A stretch of DNA of 64,000 nt, taken from Thecamonas trahens ATCC 50062. Its lineage: Eukaryota; Protista; Apusomonadida. The stretch is from positions 124,001 to 188,000 of the forward strand of contig NW_013657661.1 in the NCBI RefSeq assembly GCF_000142905.1. The letters are read 5' to 3'. The translations under genes were made by a program, and so were the position numbers. The notes under the pieces were generated by a model, which had not been told where the DNA came from, did not search any database, and was given only the letters and a program-made list of their open reading frames with translations. Of this stretch, positions 1 to 11,840 are shown piece by piece (the stretch's first letter is position 1; the number at the start of each line of letters is the position of its first letter).

Positions 1-3000
1 TCTCGGCGTGCGAGACCAGCACCGGGGCCTGATCCGAGTCGTGAAAGACGACGCGCAGAAAGGCGAGCACGTCCTGGAACACTAACTGGGAGACAACGTC
101 TTCCACCACCGATGGCGCGTGCGGTCCGTGAGTGTGAACGTGGACATGCGACGAGACAGAGCCTACGTCGCGCGCCCGTGCCCCGTCGGCCTCAAAAAAC
201 CGCGTCAGCAAACTCGACGCGGTCCCGTGCGCGTCCAGCATCCCGATAGCCTCGCCCACCACCCGTGTCAGTTCGCTTGGAAAGCGCAGAGCCACGTGGC
301 TCATGTCGTTGTCGACGTAAACCTCACGGAGAAAGTGGAGGTAGGCGCCGCGGACGCGGGCTTGCAACTCTAGTGATCCATACGCGGCCAGCACCCGCGA
401 GACCACAGTCTCGAGTGGGATCATCATCTGGCATTTGACCTCGGCCAGCCGGTTGGTGTTGGCGCACGAGCCGAGGAGTCGCATCAGCTCGAGGTGGTAC
501 AGCAGTCTGTCGCCTGACTTGCGGCTTGTCCGAGAAGCGTGTTCCTCAAGAGCGGCAGGCCAGGCATTGTCATCAAGCAAGAGGACAAGAACGGTGGCGT
601 TCGACGGGTGCTGCAGGAGCGCGAGAACTCGATTCTGCGTCCGCGTAATGGTGTGGTTCATCGCGCAGAGCACACACGCCAGGAACCGCAGGTAGTGCCT
701 GTGCAGACCGGTGGTTTTGATTTGGTCCAGCGCGTGCTGGAGGACCCGTGTGGGAATGCGGGCACATAGTCCATAGTTGCCCGAATACAGCGCCGCGAGC
801 GTGAGAGTCGCACCCACCTCCCATCGCGAAGCCGTGACAAGCGCGTCCACGTACGGTACCACCGCAGCTTGGTGGTCCGGCGACCGGCGCACAAACGCCT
901 CGAGGAACCGAAAGATGAGCCGGAGCACATGGCGAACCGCCCCGTTGTGCTCACTCTTCCTGCTCGCTGTCGCCATCCACGCCTCTCCCACCCGCTGTGT
1001 AAACGTGATCAGCGCAGTGTGGCAGCCGAGGTCAAGCAGGATGTCGCGGTGGCCAGTCTCGCAGAACGCGAGTGCGTCGCGGAGCATGGGAATGACTTCG
1101 GTTTCGAGTCGATCCACCGCCTCAGGGAGTACGACTGGGACCGTCTCCAATGCTGCCAGTCCTACCGCGAGCCGCTGATACTGCGCAATGGCCAGTGGGT
1201 TGACAAGGACCTTGACCGACGCAAGGAGCTCCAACAGCTGTTCGGCCTTGGTAAAATGGGCACATATGAGGCCAAAGGTGGCAACCAGCGGCTCTCCTGA
1301 CGCCCGCGCCGCAAGCTGGAGCAGGCCGCCGGCAAGATCGTCGTCAATGAGGACAGCCGCAAGTGATGATGGCGCCACCGCAGCCGAAGCCCGCAGGTGC
1401 GGCTTCCATCCCGGTGGCCGCAACTTTTGCGGCAGCAGCTCCTCCACTAGCTCGTGGACCGCTGTGGCTTTCAGCGACTGCTCCCGAATGAGATGCATGG
1501 CAGCCCGGACCTGTGCGGTGGTCATCGGCGACGTCTGGTGCGCAACCGCAAGTCCATGGCTCAGCGATGTTGCCGACGTAGCCAGCAAGTCGCTCACGCT
1601 TTGACGCGAGAGGAGCGTGGGCAATGGCGACGGCGCTGGCGACAGATCCCGACTAGCGCCTGCGTTGCTCGCCACAGCCGCGCATGCAGCGTCATTGTCG
1701 AGCACAGTCTGCATGCGAGTGTAGAATAGCTCCAGCAGCGACGTGGCCAAGTCGTTGAGCTGGATCGCCTCCAGCTGCTCGATGGCCTGCACTACCATGA
1801 GCTTGCAGGCCTCGAGCTGCCGCCGGAGCGCGTGGCCAAGAATGCTGGGCAGGACAGCGCTCGATGGGCGGTCGGCAAAGAGCGAAACACGGAGTGAGAG
1901 CTGGTGCATGAGCCCGAGGAATGGGTGCAGCGCGTCGATCGAAGCGGGCGAGAACGGCGTGTACATGCCGAGCTCAATGAGCCGCGTCACCGCCCGAAGG
2001 ACAGGTTGCAACAGTGAGAGTGGAAAGTGGGCGAGCTCGACTTCCGCCAGTCGCTGCAGCTCGCTGTCGACAAGCCTTGCCAGCCGCTCAAGATGCGGGT
2101 TGGCTTCAATGGCCGCCTCGCGCGGCGGGACTGGCGACAGCGCCGCATGCAGCTCCGGCTCACAGAACAGCGGCCAGATGCGAACACGCTGCAGGTGCCG
2201 GATCGTCAGCGGGCAGCTCTCACGCTCGATCCAGAGCGAGGTAGCGAGCGCAAAGAGCGCGCCGCGGATCGACGGCTGGGTTCCGGGTGCCTGAAGCATT
2301 TCGACCATTGTCTGCGGCTGGATGCGAAGCGCCGCTGCCGTGGCATCCGCAATGGCGTCGTTGCGACCGGACGCCATGCTTGCGAGTAGTAATAGCGCCT
2401 CGCGGGTATAGGCCTGTGCAAAGAGCGCGGTGCCCGGAATCGGCTCAGTCTCTGGCTCGGCAATAGCCATCGAGTACGATGCCGGCTCCTGTCGACCTGT
2501 GTCGCCCTCATGGACTGAGGCTACCAGCACAAACGGCGCTGTGGCAGAGTCGAGACGGATGGCTGGTAGCAGGTGCGGCGCCGCGTCAAGAAGAGCAGTC
2601 GCAATGAGCGACTGGTTGCGCGGAAGCGGCTTGCCGTCGAGCGTGCAGAGGACGGCAAGGAGCCGGAGGAGCGGAAGGTGCGGCGAAGCAGAAAGTGAAG
2701 CAACCACAGACTCGACAAACCGCGGCTCGACGCGCTTCAGCAGCAGTCTGTTGTCCTTGTACATAGCGATGAGGAGGCCGGCGGCGCCAAAGCCGTGCCC
2801 AATGTGGGTGACAAAGAACTGGGTGTGTGCTGCGAGCCGGAGCGACGCAAACGGGTTGAGCCGGACGGCGGTGGCCAGGAGCGCGTATCCGGTCGCAAGT
2901 GCCTCGCCAAGGTGGGCAAGTCGTGGGTGTGCCAGATCGCTAGGTACAAACCGACACGGGCCGCGCGGACGAGAGCTGGCGGCTTCGACCACGTCGCTTA

Positions 3001-4887
3001 GATGCCATGGAGCCGGAGGGTCTATGGCTGGTGGGGTTGCAAGCGGCGCGGGAGGCGGCGAGTTGTCGTCGTCAGATCCCGTGACATACGCCGAGTCTGT
3101 GGTCGTCACCGACGACACGCTCCCCTCACTCCAGTCCAAAGTGGTCTCCGGGGCTGGGCGCGATAGCGGGTGCCAAAGGTGCGGCGTCGACGACAGCGGT
3201 GATAGCGTCCGTAGCGACTCGCTTATCTGTGCCACAGCAGCGAGGCGCTTGTTGATCCGCTTGAGAAACTTGCGTGCAGCATTTTGCGCTGTCGCCGACG
3301 TTGTCATGTCAAAGGGAGTGACGAGGGTGGCAACCACGAGGTCGAGGATGCCAAACTCGCGGAGAAAGCGCTGGACGCGCTCGCCGTGAAATGCACGCGC
3401 TGGGTGCGGATGGGTGGCGAGCGCAGCCATCGAGGTGAGCTTGCGCATAACAGCCAGGACAGGACCTAGCTGTGCGAGCGATGGTGGCAGCGGGAGGGAC
3501 CAGAGCTCCAGGTAGGCGCGAAGCGTGGCGCTGGCGCCGGCAAGGTAGTGAAGCAGATGCTCAGCAGCATGGGTCGGCCGTGAGAGCGAGAAAGCGTTGT
3601 CGACTCGATCCGTAACTGAGTCGAGCGCGCGTGTGCCCATGACCAACCGGGTCTTGCGGGGCAGATCATGATGTGCCTCAATGGCAGCATGCAGAGTGTG
3701 GGGGAGTGAGTGCGAGGCGTCGTCGTCGGTCACAAGAACGAGCCGGCGAGTGGCAGCGTGAATGAGCCGAACGTGATGCGAGAGGAGGACAGTGGTGGTG
3801 ATGGTATCGTCAGACGAAAAAGCTGTGGTACGATCCGCGTCGACCACGTCGAGAATAAATAGCGTGTCCTGCGACGTGAGGCCGGTGCCCGGCGGCGCCA
3901 GGGCCAACTCGCCACTGCCAGTCACCGTGAGGTAGGCGAGGGTGCGGACGTGGCGGAGCCTGTAGCGCGGGGCGAGCAGAGCAGATCGGGAGTGGCGTCG
4001 CCGACAAAGGTGACGACTGGCCCACCGCACGTCCGGTCGGCGTGCTCGACGAGAAAGACCGAGTTGGCCGACGCGAGCGTGTGCTTGGACTCTTCCTCGC
4101 GGTCGCGCGAGTGAATGTGGAGGACAACAGCCTCGACATCCGCCCCGTCTTCGTCGGTTCGTGTCCACTCGTATGCAAGGTAGCCGTCGTCCTCGATGGC
4201 AAAGAGACGGACCATGGCTCCACCCTGCAGCGGCGGCGAGTCACCGGCCGCCGCCGCCGCCTCACGCGCTGCGTACGACGAGTACAGATGCGGCCGCCAG
4301 AGCGAGGCCTGGGAGCCAGCGGTGACCTCGAACGAGTTATCCGCAAACGGGGCGCGAGATACGTGAAGCGAGACATTCCACTTGGTCGAGACAAGCGCAA
4401 AGGCCTCGCCATATCGCACAGGCCCGCCATTCTGGCGGAGCTTGTATCGAGGTACGAGCGTCCACCACGCGCCGTCCGATCCAGGGTCGAGCGCGACTGA
4501 GAGGCAGTCCGGCTCGAGAACGCCGGCCTCCGACTCGCACACGGTGAGCATGCGATGCGAGACCACGTGCTGAAGCTGGATGGTCTGACCGTAGGTCACC
4601 CTCGAGCCCGATCGCTGCGTCTGCAGCTCTGCTCCGGCTGCCGGCGATGTACTTCCACCTGAGTACTGCTGCATGACCGAGACTTTGAACAGAGCCTTTG
4701 GCGAAAAGGTAGCGTGTGAGTACGGCTTGTCCGAGACATGCACCGATGCGTCCGAGACGTGCAGTCCGTAGGCAAAGCCTCGCCGTATCCTCTCCCCACT
4801 GCGTGTCGTCTCCTCGAATCTGAGCACCAGCTCATCGCCGATGCACACAAACATGTCCGACGCCTCGCTCCTCGTCGACGCCTCCAT
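1..4887 (-). CDS. ITPR: Inositol 1,4,5-trisphosphate receptor / RyR-IP3R family Ca2+ release channel, N-terminal part; runs off the left edge; one -1 frameshift near 3990
   Basis: ORF 3922-4887 gives suppressor/MIR-like sequence (YGQTIQLQHVVSHRML, WWTLVPRYKLR). Shifting -1 near 3990 gives RYRLRHVRTLAYL (MIR), then RVQRFLREFGILDLVVATLVTPF (~3370) and LLYHLELMRLLGSCANTNRLAEVKCQMMIPLETVV...AYLHFLREVYVD (~500-310), which match IP3R RIH segments. The second frame appears open to position 1, so the ORF track omits it. Confidence 0.9.
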
Positions 4888-5238
4888 GTCGAGCCACTGC
4901 GTATGTGGGAGAGGTTGGTAGAGGACGACGGCGTGTTAAGTGTTGGCCGTACAAGGGGGGTGTCTGAGCTCCAGCACTCTACTGGAGGCAGGAGGTTAGG
5001 GGGTGGGGGGTGGGGGGTGGACTTGGAGGCCACTAAATTTTTTTGTCACCTCAATGACTGCCTGCCCACCGTGTCCGTTTGAGTGGTGCACTCCCGGTTG
5101 TGCTGTCAGCAGGGTTCGGTGGTGGAGACAGCGACGCGATGAGGGAGAGGGAGCTGGGAGAAGCGGGGTGGGAGAGAGACAAAGTCAGTAAGACACGTCT
5201 TGTCGAGGTAAGGTGGAGTTGAAGAAGGAGCCACTGAG

Positions 5239-8190
5239 ATGGACAAGAAGAAACGCAGTGCTTCCAGGAAGGCTGTTGTGGAGGGCAAGAATGGTCGTGG
5301 TCGGCCCTCGGTGACCCCGGCTGTGGCCAGTGGCAAGGATGGCTCGCGCCTGGGTCAGCATGCCGCCACTGGTTCTGCCAGCGCAGCGGCAAGGACAAAG
5401 TCGAGTCACAAGGCAAAGGCCTCGGGCAAGGGCAAAGGCAAGGCTGCGACTGTGACTGCCGCAGCTCCCACTGTCGCCAAGGTCAAGGCAAAGTCCAAGG
5501 CAAAGTCCAAGGACAAGAGCCGCAACAAGTCGGCCGCTGCTCGAAGCACAGCTCGAGCGCAGCAGCCTGTCGCAGCGGGTGCGCCTGGTGGCACCCGTGC
5601 TGCCAATGGCCGTCTTGCTGTTGCGGGTCATGTCAAGGGCTCGGATCGGTCTGCAGGAAAGGTTGGCAGACTATCGCCTGCAGCTGCGGCCGCGCCTCGC
5701 GAATCGGTGGCGGTAAGCACGGGCAAGAGCAAGGGCAGAGGCAAGGGCAAGGGCCAAGGCAAGTTCAAGAAGAAGGGCAAGCAGAGGAAGCACAAGAAGA
5801 AGTCATCCTCTTCTTCCTCCTCCTCCTCCTCGTCCTCCTCGTACTCGTACTCGTCATCGTCGTACTCGACGCTCTACTCGTACTCGCTGCCGTCGTGGAG
5901 CCCAGTCGATGCGTCGGCCATGTACTACGCCAATCCTCGGGCAGGCTCACGGCGCGGCTCACAACGACAGCTCTCCACTATCGAGTTCCTTGGTCAGATC
6001 CTCGGCTCATCGTCGTCATCGGGCGAAGAGTACAATTCGGTCATTGTCATTCCGCCGCGTGGCTCGACCCGCGGGATCTTCTCGTTCTTTGACTTTGTGC
6101 AGAGTCGCAACGTCTCCCACCTTGGCTCTGTCCCGCCGCCGCCGCCGCCTATCCAGTACGGGGCGCACTCTTATGGTGGCGGCTTTGCTACCGGTGGCTC
6201 AACCTCTGCCAACACCGCTTTTGGCGGACTGCAGCTCCGACGCTCGGCCTCGTTTGACGCACTGGGCGCCAGCGGCTCGTACGGCTCGTTTGCTTGGCAA
6301 CCGGAAATCCGGTCGTTCTCGTACGACTCATCCAACTCGGACCCAAGCCCGCATGCAGCTGCCCCATATGGCATGTTCCACCGCTCGGCGCTCCTGCGCT
6401 CGGTCTCGACCTCGTCAACCTCGTTGTCGTCTGACACCACTGCGTCGTCGTCGTCATCGTCGTCGTCACAAAGCCCGTCGCCTGCCCACGCTCGCGCCCG
6501 TGCAAGGACAAAGTCAAAGACCAAGTCGAAGGCCAAGGCCAAGTCGAAGGCCAAGGCCAACAACACCGTCGACAACGCTTCACCTGCGCTCACCTCGGCA
6601 CCGGCGCCAGTATCGGCATCGGCACCCGCCCCCTCATCCGCCCCTGCTCGAACTGCGGAGACTCCTGACCAACGAAAGTCCAAGGGCAAGTCCAAGGGCA
6701 AGTCCAAGGGCAAGTCCAAGGGCAAGTCCAAGCCGGTCTCGTCCACTTCCTCCATCTCGACAGTTGCGACCTCATCGTCCTCATCGTCGTCCTCCTCTTC
6801 GTCTTCATCTTCTTCATCTTCGTCATTGTCGTACTCCTCTTCACCAACGTCACTCTCGTCAAGTATGTCCACCATCTCCAGCTCATTACCGCTGGGCTCG
6901 TCAACGAGCTCAAGCTCGAGCTCGGGGTCGAGCTCGTCCAAAACCGCCGATGCAAGCGCTACTATCAAGCACCGTCCGCTGGTCGACCTTGTCCGCGAAG
7001 CAGCGACTGGCAAGGGCCTGGTCTCGGACTCGTTTGACAACTCGACGCCATCTCTGCCGTCCGAGGCCTCCGCCATGTACCTGCGGATGTTGCCAACCAA
7101 CTCGCTTGGGCTCGGCGCTATCCACTCGCGCGGCTTTGCCGAGACTGCAGAAGGCGCGCCGGGCCCCAACGCCGTCCGGACCGCCCGCGGCGCCGACGTG
7201 CTTGTCGAGGGCGGAGCGGTGACCAAGAAGAAGGTCAAGGCCGCCGAGGGTCAATTCAAGGGCTCCAAGAGCCGCGAGCCGCGGGTCCGGTCGGTGGCGC
7301 TGGTCGGCCTCCCAGTCTCGCGCGGTGGGTATCTGGTTGTCTCGGCTGTGTACGTCAACTGCGAGCGCAAGAGCTGCATCTTTGCCTGGTCACGATCGAA
7401 GGACGGTGAAAAGTGGACCCGCATCTCCGACTCGAACACCCACGTCTATCACCTGACCAAAGCCGACGCCGGCAAGCTCGTCCGGGTCCGCATCTCGCCC
7501 GTCAACGACCACGACCGAGCAGGCAAGCCTGCCACCGCCATCCTCTCCAAGCCAGTGCAGGACTCGGCTGTGCCCGAGGGCCGCTACCCCATCATCCTGC
7601 ACGGCCCCAAGGGCCGAGCCGACGCCGCAGAGCTAGTCGTTGGTATCTCCGGCTTTGGCATCATCCATGCCGGCAAGACCACTGCTCGCATCCGCCACTC
7701 GATGGAGACCGGAGCTGTAGCAGACTCTGTCTCTCCCACCATGCTTCATCTCAATCTCTCCGCCAAGCACCGGGTCCGAGTCGACACCCTCCTGGCCTCG
7801 GTCCGCTCCATCGTCCTCTACCATATGAACCGCCACCTCCCAGTCGGCGTCCACGTTGCCCAGCCGGAAGAGTCGTGGGCCTCGCTCCTCCGCATCTCCA
7901 ACGAGAGTAACCTAGTCGTCTTCCTCTTCAACGACGCCCTCGCCGCCAGGCTGGAAAAGTACACCCAGTTCCTCGACGACGTCCGCCGCTCTGCCTCACT
8001 CCGCAAGCGCGCCCGCTTTGTCTTTGTCGACGCGCCGCGCTGCGTCGACATGGTCAAGAACGCCGGCGTCACCAAGCTCCCGGCCTTTGTCCTCTACCGC
8101 AACCAGAAGTGCCTCAACCGCAAGCGCAAGCACCAGATCTTCAACTCGGCCGATGATCTTGCCGCCGTCATCAAGAAGTACTCAAAGTGA
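5239..8190 (+). CDS. Basic/Ser-rich low-complexity protein with C-terminal AIR9/SCAB-type Ig-like domain, PH-like region and thioredoxin-fold domain lacking CxxC
   Basis: 983-aa ORF with strong codon bias. PRVRSVALVG...CIFAWSRSKDG..WTRISDSNTHVYHLTKADAGKLVRVRISPV resembles an A9/Ig repeat. C-terminal FVFVDAPRCVDMVKNAGVTKLPAFVLYRN is thioredoxin-like. Confidence 0.7.
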   Translation: MDKKKRSASRKAVVEGKNGRGRPSVTPAVASGKDGSRLGQHAATGSASAAARTKSSHKAKASGKGKGKAATVTAAAPTVAKVKAKSKAKSKDKSRNKSAAARSTARAQQPVAAGAPGGTRAANGRLAVAGHVKGSDRSAGKVGRLSPAAAAAPRESVAVSTGKSKGRGKGKGQGKFKKKGKQRKHKKKSSSSSSSSSSSSSYSYSSSSYSTLYSYSLPSWSPVDASAMYYANPRAGSRRGSQRQLSTIEFLGQILGSSSSSGEEYNSVIVIPPRGSTRGIFSFFDFVQSRNVSHLGSVPPPPPPIQYGAHSYGGGFATGGSTSANTAFGGLQLRRSASFDALGASGSYGSFAWQPEIRSFSYDSSNSDPSPHAAAPYGMFHRSALLRSVSTSSTSLSSDTTASSSSSSSSQSPSPAHARARARTKSKTKSKAKAKSKAKANNTVDNASPALTSAPAPVSASAPAPSSAPARTAETPDQRKSKGKSKGKSKGKSKGKSKPVSSTSSISTVATSSSSSSSSSSSSSSSSSSLSYSSSPTSLSSSMSTISSSLPLGSSTSSSSSSGSSSSKTADASATIKHRPLVDLVREAATGKGLVSDSFDNSTPSLPSEASAMYLRMLPTNSLGLGAIHSRGFAETAEGAPGPNAVRTARGADVLVEGGAVTKKKVKAAEGQFKGSKSREPRVRSVALVGLPVSRGGYLVVSAVYVNCERKSCIFAWSRSKDGEKWTRISDSNTHVYHLTKADAGKLVRVRISPVNDHDRAGKPATAILSKPVQDSAVPEGRYPIILHGPKGRADAAELVVGISGFGIIHAGKTTARIRHSMETGAVADSVSPTMLHLNLSAKHRVRVDTLLASVRSIVLYHMNRHLPVGVHVAQPEESWASLLRISNESNLVVFLFNDALAARLEKYTQFLDDVRRSASLRKRARFVFVDAPRCVDMVKNAGVTKLPAFVLYRNQKCLNRKRKHQIFNSADDLAAVIKKYSK

Positions 8191-8324
8191 CACTGTGTCG
8201 CCCCCCCCCCCCCTGTCCCCCCTGTTCATGCCCTCCCCCGTCCGCCCGCCCGTCCACCACCCGTCCGCCTGACAGCAGCGGCAGCAACCCTTTGCCATTG
8301 CAGGCAAACCGCCACCTCACCTCA

Positions 8325-8412
8325 CCACCACCACCACCACCACCACCACCACCACCACCACCACCACCACCACCACCACCACCACTGTCACCACCACTGC
8401 CACCACCACCAC
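8325..8412 (+). repeat. (CCA)n microsatellite directly upstream of the ACAP start
   Basis: Visible tandem cca/acc repeat. Confidence 0.95.
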
Positions 8413-8424
8413 CTAATCTCGGTA

Positions 8425-11001
8425 ATGGCAACACGGAGCGAGCGTGCTATGAGCTCTGGCCGCGGACGGAGCGTGCGGAGCGAGAGTGTTGGAGGGAGCG
8501 GAAGCGGAGGTGCGACAGAGCGGGTCTTTGCGCCCGTCGACCTCGCCGACGTCTACCGCGACTCGCCCATGTTCCGGGAAAAGGTCCGAGTGACGGCCAA
8601 GGGTACCGACAAGCTCCGCGGCTCGGTGGCGACTGTGGTCAAGGCTGCGGAGAAGATGCATGGTGCATCAGTCAAGTACGCTGAGGCTGCTCGCGCCTTT
8701 GGCGGCGAGGTCCTCCAGGCATTGCCAGGCAACGCCACCGGCTCCAACACCGTCGAGGCCTCCTTCAACGAGGCTGTCCTCCACATTGCCGACGCCATGA
8801 ATGAGCTGGCTGCCTTTGGTGAGGCCCTTGCCTCGCAGATGGTCGACGTCTTTATCGATCCCATGCACGCCCTCATCGCTCGCGCAGACGCCGTTGTCAA
8901 AGACTCGGGCAAAGCCTGGGCCTCGCGCCTCTCCGCCGTCGACTCGGCCGTCGGCAAGTACTCCAAGCTCTCGCGAAACGCGTCTGCCGTCGAAACCTCC
9001 AAGGTCAAGCACGAAATGGACCTCGCCCGCCACAACTTTACCGCCTTTGGCGTCCAGCACGTGGAGGAGCTCAACGATGTCGCCGCCGCCAAGCACTTTG
9101 ACGTCCTCGAGCGCCTCCTGGCCCTCCTCTACTCGCATGCGGCCTACTTTCATCGCGGCCACGAGCATATGTCGTCCATGGCACCGGTCATGACCTCGCT
9201 CACCGAGCAGCTCGCTGCAGATCGCGCCGCCTACGCCGCCGAGAAGGATGCTATGCACGCCGCGCTCTCCGCCGCGCTCACCGATCCAGCCGGCCTCGAC
9301 GGCAGCGCGACGCCCTCTCCCGCCACCCCGGGTCGCCCGGTCACTCCGGCTGCTGGCGCGCCCGACGAAGCTTCCGCTGCCGCTGTCGAGGACGACGTCG
9401 CCTTTCAGGGCTATCTCTTCAAGCAGTCGTCGTCGTTCATGCGCGACTGGAAGCGGAGGTTCTTTGCCATCAAGGACGGCCAGTTTGTGTACTACAAGAA
9501 CGACTCGAACCTCAAGCCCATCCACGCCGTCAACACTCTCCTCTGTTCCGTCCGCCTCCCTGCCGACTCGGCCACCGACCGCCGCTCGTGCTTTGAGGTC
9601 ATCACCCCGCAACGTGCATACCTGCTGCAGGCCGAGAACGACGCCGCCCGCGACGCCTGGATCGCCGCCATCCAGTCTGCCACCGCCCAACAGCTCAATC
9701 ATAACGAGGTTGGTACCGCTGGTGGAGAGTCGGCTGCAGGCTCGTCCGCTGGGCCGGGCACCCCACGCGCCGGCGCCAGCGGCGAGCCCGGCCTCGCCGC
9801 TGACGATGGTGTCTCGGACCAGCTTGTTGCTCTCTGGCGCGCCGACCCGGCAAACATGGCCTGTGCCGACTGCGGCGCGCCACATCCCAAGTGGTGCTCG
9901 CTTAATCTCGGTGCGATCTTTTGCATCGACTGCTCCGGCGCCCACCGCTCGCTCGGAACCCACATTTCCAAGGTCCGATCGCTCGAGCTTGACGCTCTCG
10001 ACCCGCACGCGCTCCACGTTCTCAGGGCGCTCGGCAACGCTGTGTCTAATGCTGCCTGGGAGGCCGACATCGATGCCGTCGCCGAGTACAAGGTCGACGG
10101 TGTGATCAAGGATGTCAATGCCGTCCGCACCTTTATCTCACTCAAGTACCGCGACCGCCAGTTTTGCGGGCGCAACTCGGGCGACCTCTCACCCGGTGCC
10201 ATGGTCGCGGCCGTCGCCGCCAACTCGCGCACTGCCGTCCTCGAGTGTCTCGCCTCACCCGATGCTGCCATCTTATTGGATGGTCTGCAGCCTGTTCCGC
10301 CGGCCGTCGCTGACGACGCCGGCATCCCGCCCGACACTGCTGTTTCGCCGCTCCATCTCGCCATCGCCCTTGACCGCGTCTGGATCGTCGAGTTCCTCCT
10401 CGCCAACTCGGCCTCACCTGACCTGCCCGACTCGCGCGGCTGGAGCCCGCTCCACTACGCTGCTCGCTCTGATGCCGGTGCCATCACTGGCCTGCTCATT
10501 CGCCGCTCCGCTTCTCTCGAGCCGCTCAACGACGCCGGCCGCTCGCCGCTAGACCTGGCGCTCGAGACCATGGCAGCTAACACTTCGACGCTCATCCGGT
10601 TTGCCCGCATGTCACTCGACGACGCCGACACATCCTTGCTCGCGCCGGACTCGCCATTTATGATCACGTTCCAGACCCTCGTCGCCGAGGCTTGCGTCGA
10701 CGACGCCCTGCCGCCGCCCGCCGCCGCCAGTGACGCCGCTCTGCTCCGGGTCGACACAACAGCCCCGTCCACCCGCCGCCGCCGCCGCCGCCGACGCAAG
10801 GGCTCACGCTCGCAGCAGGACCCGGAGCCGCCGACCTCCTCCGACGCCACCATATCCCAACAAGCGCACCATAACTCGGACGTCTCATTCTCCGACTCGC
10901 AGGGCTGGACATCGTCGTCTGACTCGGTGCCCATGGCCGCCGCCGATGGCACTCCTGTCGCCGTCGTCCCCGTCGAATGGGACGCCCAAGACGCGCTGTG
11001 A
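8425..11001 (+). CDS. ACAP: ACAP/centaurin-beta type ArfGAP (BAR-PH-ArfGAP-ankyrin)
   Basis: DSPMFR BAR start; PH domain [19 protein letters not shown]...WIAAIQ; ArfGAP zinc finger CADC-x16[21 protein letters not shown]; ankyrin repeats SPLHLA and GWSPLHYAA. Confidence 0.95.
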   Translation: MATRSERAMSSGRGRSVRSESVGGSGSGGATERVFAPVDLADVYRDSPMFREKVRVTAKGTDKLRGSVATVVKAAEKMHGASVKYAEAARAFGGEVLQALPGNATGSNTVEASFNEAVLHIADAMNELAAFGEALASQMVDVFIDPMHALIARADAVVKDSGKAWASRLSAVDSAVGKYSKLSRNASAVETSKVKHEMDLARHNFTAFGVQHVEELNDVAAAKHFDVLERLLALLYSHAAYFHRGHEHMSSMAPVMTSLTEQLAADRAAYAAEKDAMHAALSAALTDPAGLDGSATPSPATPGRPVTPAAGAPDEASAAAVEDDVAFQGYLFKQSSSFMRDWKRRFFAIKDGQFVYYKNDSNLKPIHAVNTLLCSVRLPADSATDRRSCFEVITPQRAYLLQAENDAARDAWIAAIQSATAQQLNHNEVGTAGGESAAGSSAGPGTPRAGASGEPGLAADDGVSDQLVALWRADPANMACADCGAPHPKWCSLNLGAIFCIDCSGAHRSLGTHISKVRSLELDALDPHALHVLRALGNAVSNAAWEADIDAVAEYKVDGVIKDVNAVRTFISLKYRDRQFCGRNSGDLSPGAMVAAVAANSRTAVLECLASPDAAILLDGLQPVPPAVADDAGIPPDTAVSPLHLAIALDRVWIVEFLLANSASPDLPDSRGWSPLHYAARSDAGAITGLLIRRSASLEPLNDAGRSPLDLALETMAANTSTLIRFARMSLDDADTSLLAPDSPFMITFQTLVAEACVDDALPPPAAASDAALLRVDTTAPSTRRRRRRRRKGSRSQQDPEPPTSSDATISQQAHHNSDVSFSDSQGWTSSSDSVPMAAADGTPVAVVPVEWDAQDAL

Positions 11002-11611
11002 TCGCTGCGCATCACACCGGGCGCACAGCTTCACCCACCGATGGCACCCGTCCACCACTCTCGCGCACCGCCGCGTCCACCGCCCTCAGTCCTGTCCGCA
11101 GCGGATCGACACCCCTGCGCCGGCTGCCATGTCCGCTGCCCGAGCCTGGCCGCCCAATCCTCGACTCGTCGTCACCCATCATCGCTGGACCGGCACCATG
11201 CTTGCCAGCCTCTGCTTCCCATCCATCCAAAGCCACCAGAACGCCCAGGTCATCCAAACTAACCTCCCCTCCGCCATCCATCCCCACCCTGCCGTCCACG
11301 CCGGCACCATGGCTCCTTTGCCGGCGGCTCGCCCGCCCATCTTGGCCACCTCTCCACCAGGACCTTCTCCACGCGGCGTCCGCGGACTCTCCGCATCCAT
11401 GCATGCAGCCATCTCCGTCAATAGTCACCAGTACCGAGATGGAGTGAGGTGGTCTGACCCGCTGTCTTCCAACATGGTCCACATCCCATGCCTCTGTCTC
11501 TGGGCCAAAGTGCGCTTCCGCGCAGGCCGCCCGGCACGACATCAGGCAGCAGGCATCAGGCAGGTCAGTGGTGACGACCGTGGTAGTGGTGGCAGCGGAC
11601 AGGCGTACATA

Positions 11612-11613
<2 letters not shown>

Positions 11614-11659
<46 letters not shown>

Positions 11660-11680
11660 CCCCCCCCCCCCCCCCCCCCC
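11614..11680 (+). repeat. (CT)n plus poly-C tract upstream of the doublecortin gene
   Basis: Visible simple repeats. Confidence 0.95.
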
Positions 11681-11692
11681 ACCGGTCGCCGC

Positions 11693-11801
11693 ATGGACAT
11701 GTCCGAGGCAGGGGTGGGTCAGGGAAGTCGGCGAGAGAGCCTGGCGTCGTCGGTGGTGTCGGGCGTGACGGTGGGGAGCTGCGCTGGTGGAGACGGAGAC
11801 G

Positions 11802-11840
<39 letters not shown>

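Noticed and set aside
2430-3389. 319-aa + strand ORF and other + strand ORFs in 1-4900
   Set aside because: Antisense shadows of the IP3R frame in GC-rich DNA; no motifs.
3960-4035. Small intron (gtgcgg...ctacag) explaining the IP3R frame change
   Set aside because: Would delete the conserved-looking CGGPV segment and lacks the GTACG donor; not fully excluded.
6171-7238. 355-aa acidic - strand ORF
   Set aside because: Mirror of the Ser/Lys repeats of the 5239-8190 gene.
10730-11692. N-terminal 320 aa of the 1087-aa ORF
   Set aside because: Overlaps the ACAP end and reads through (CT)n/poly-C tracts; the real start is more likely 11693. A small separate gene here cannot be excluded.
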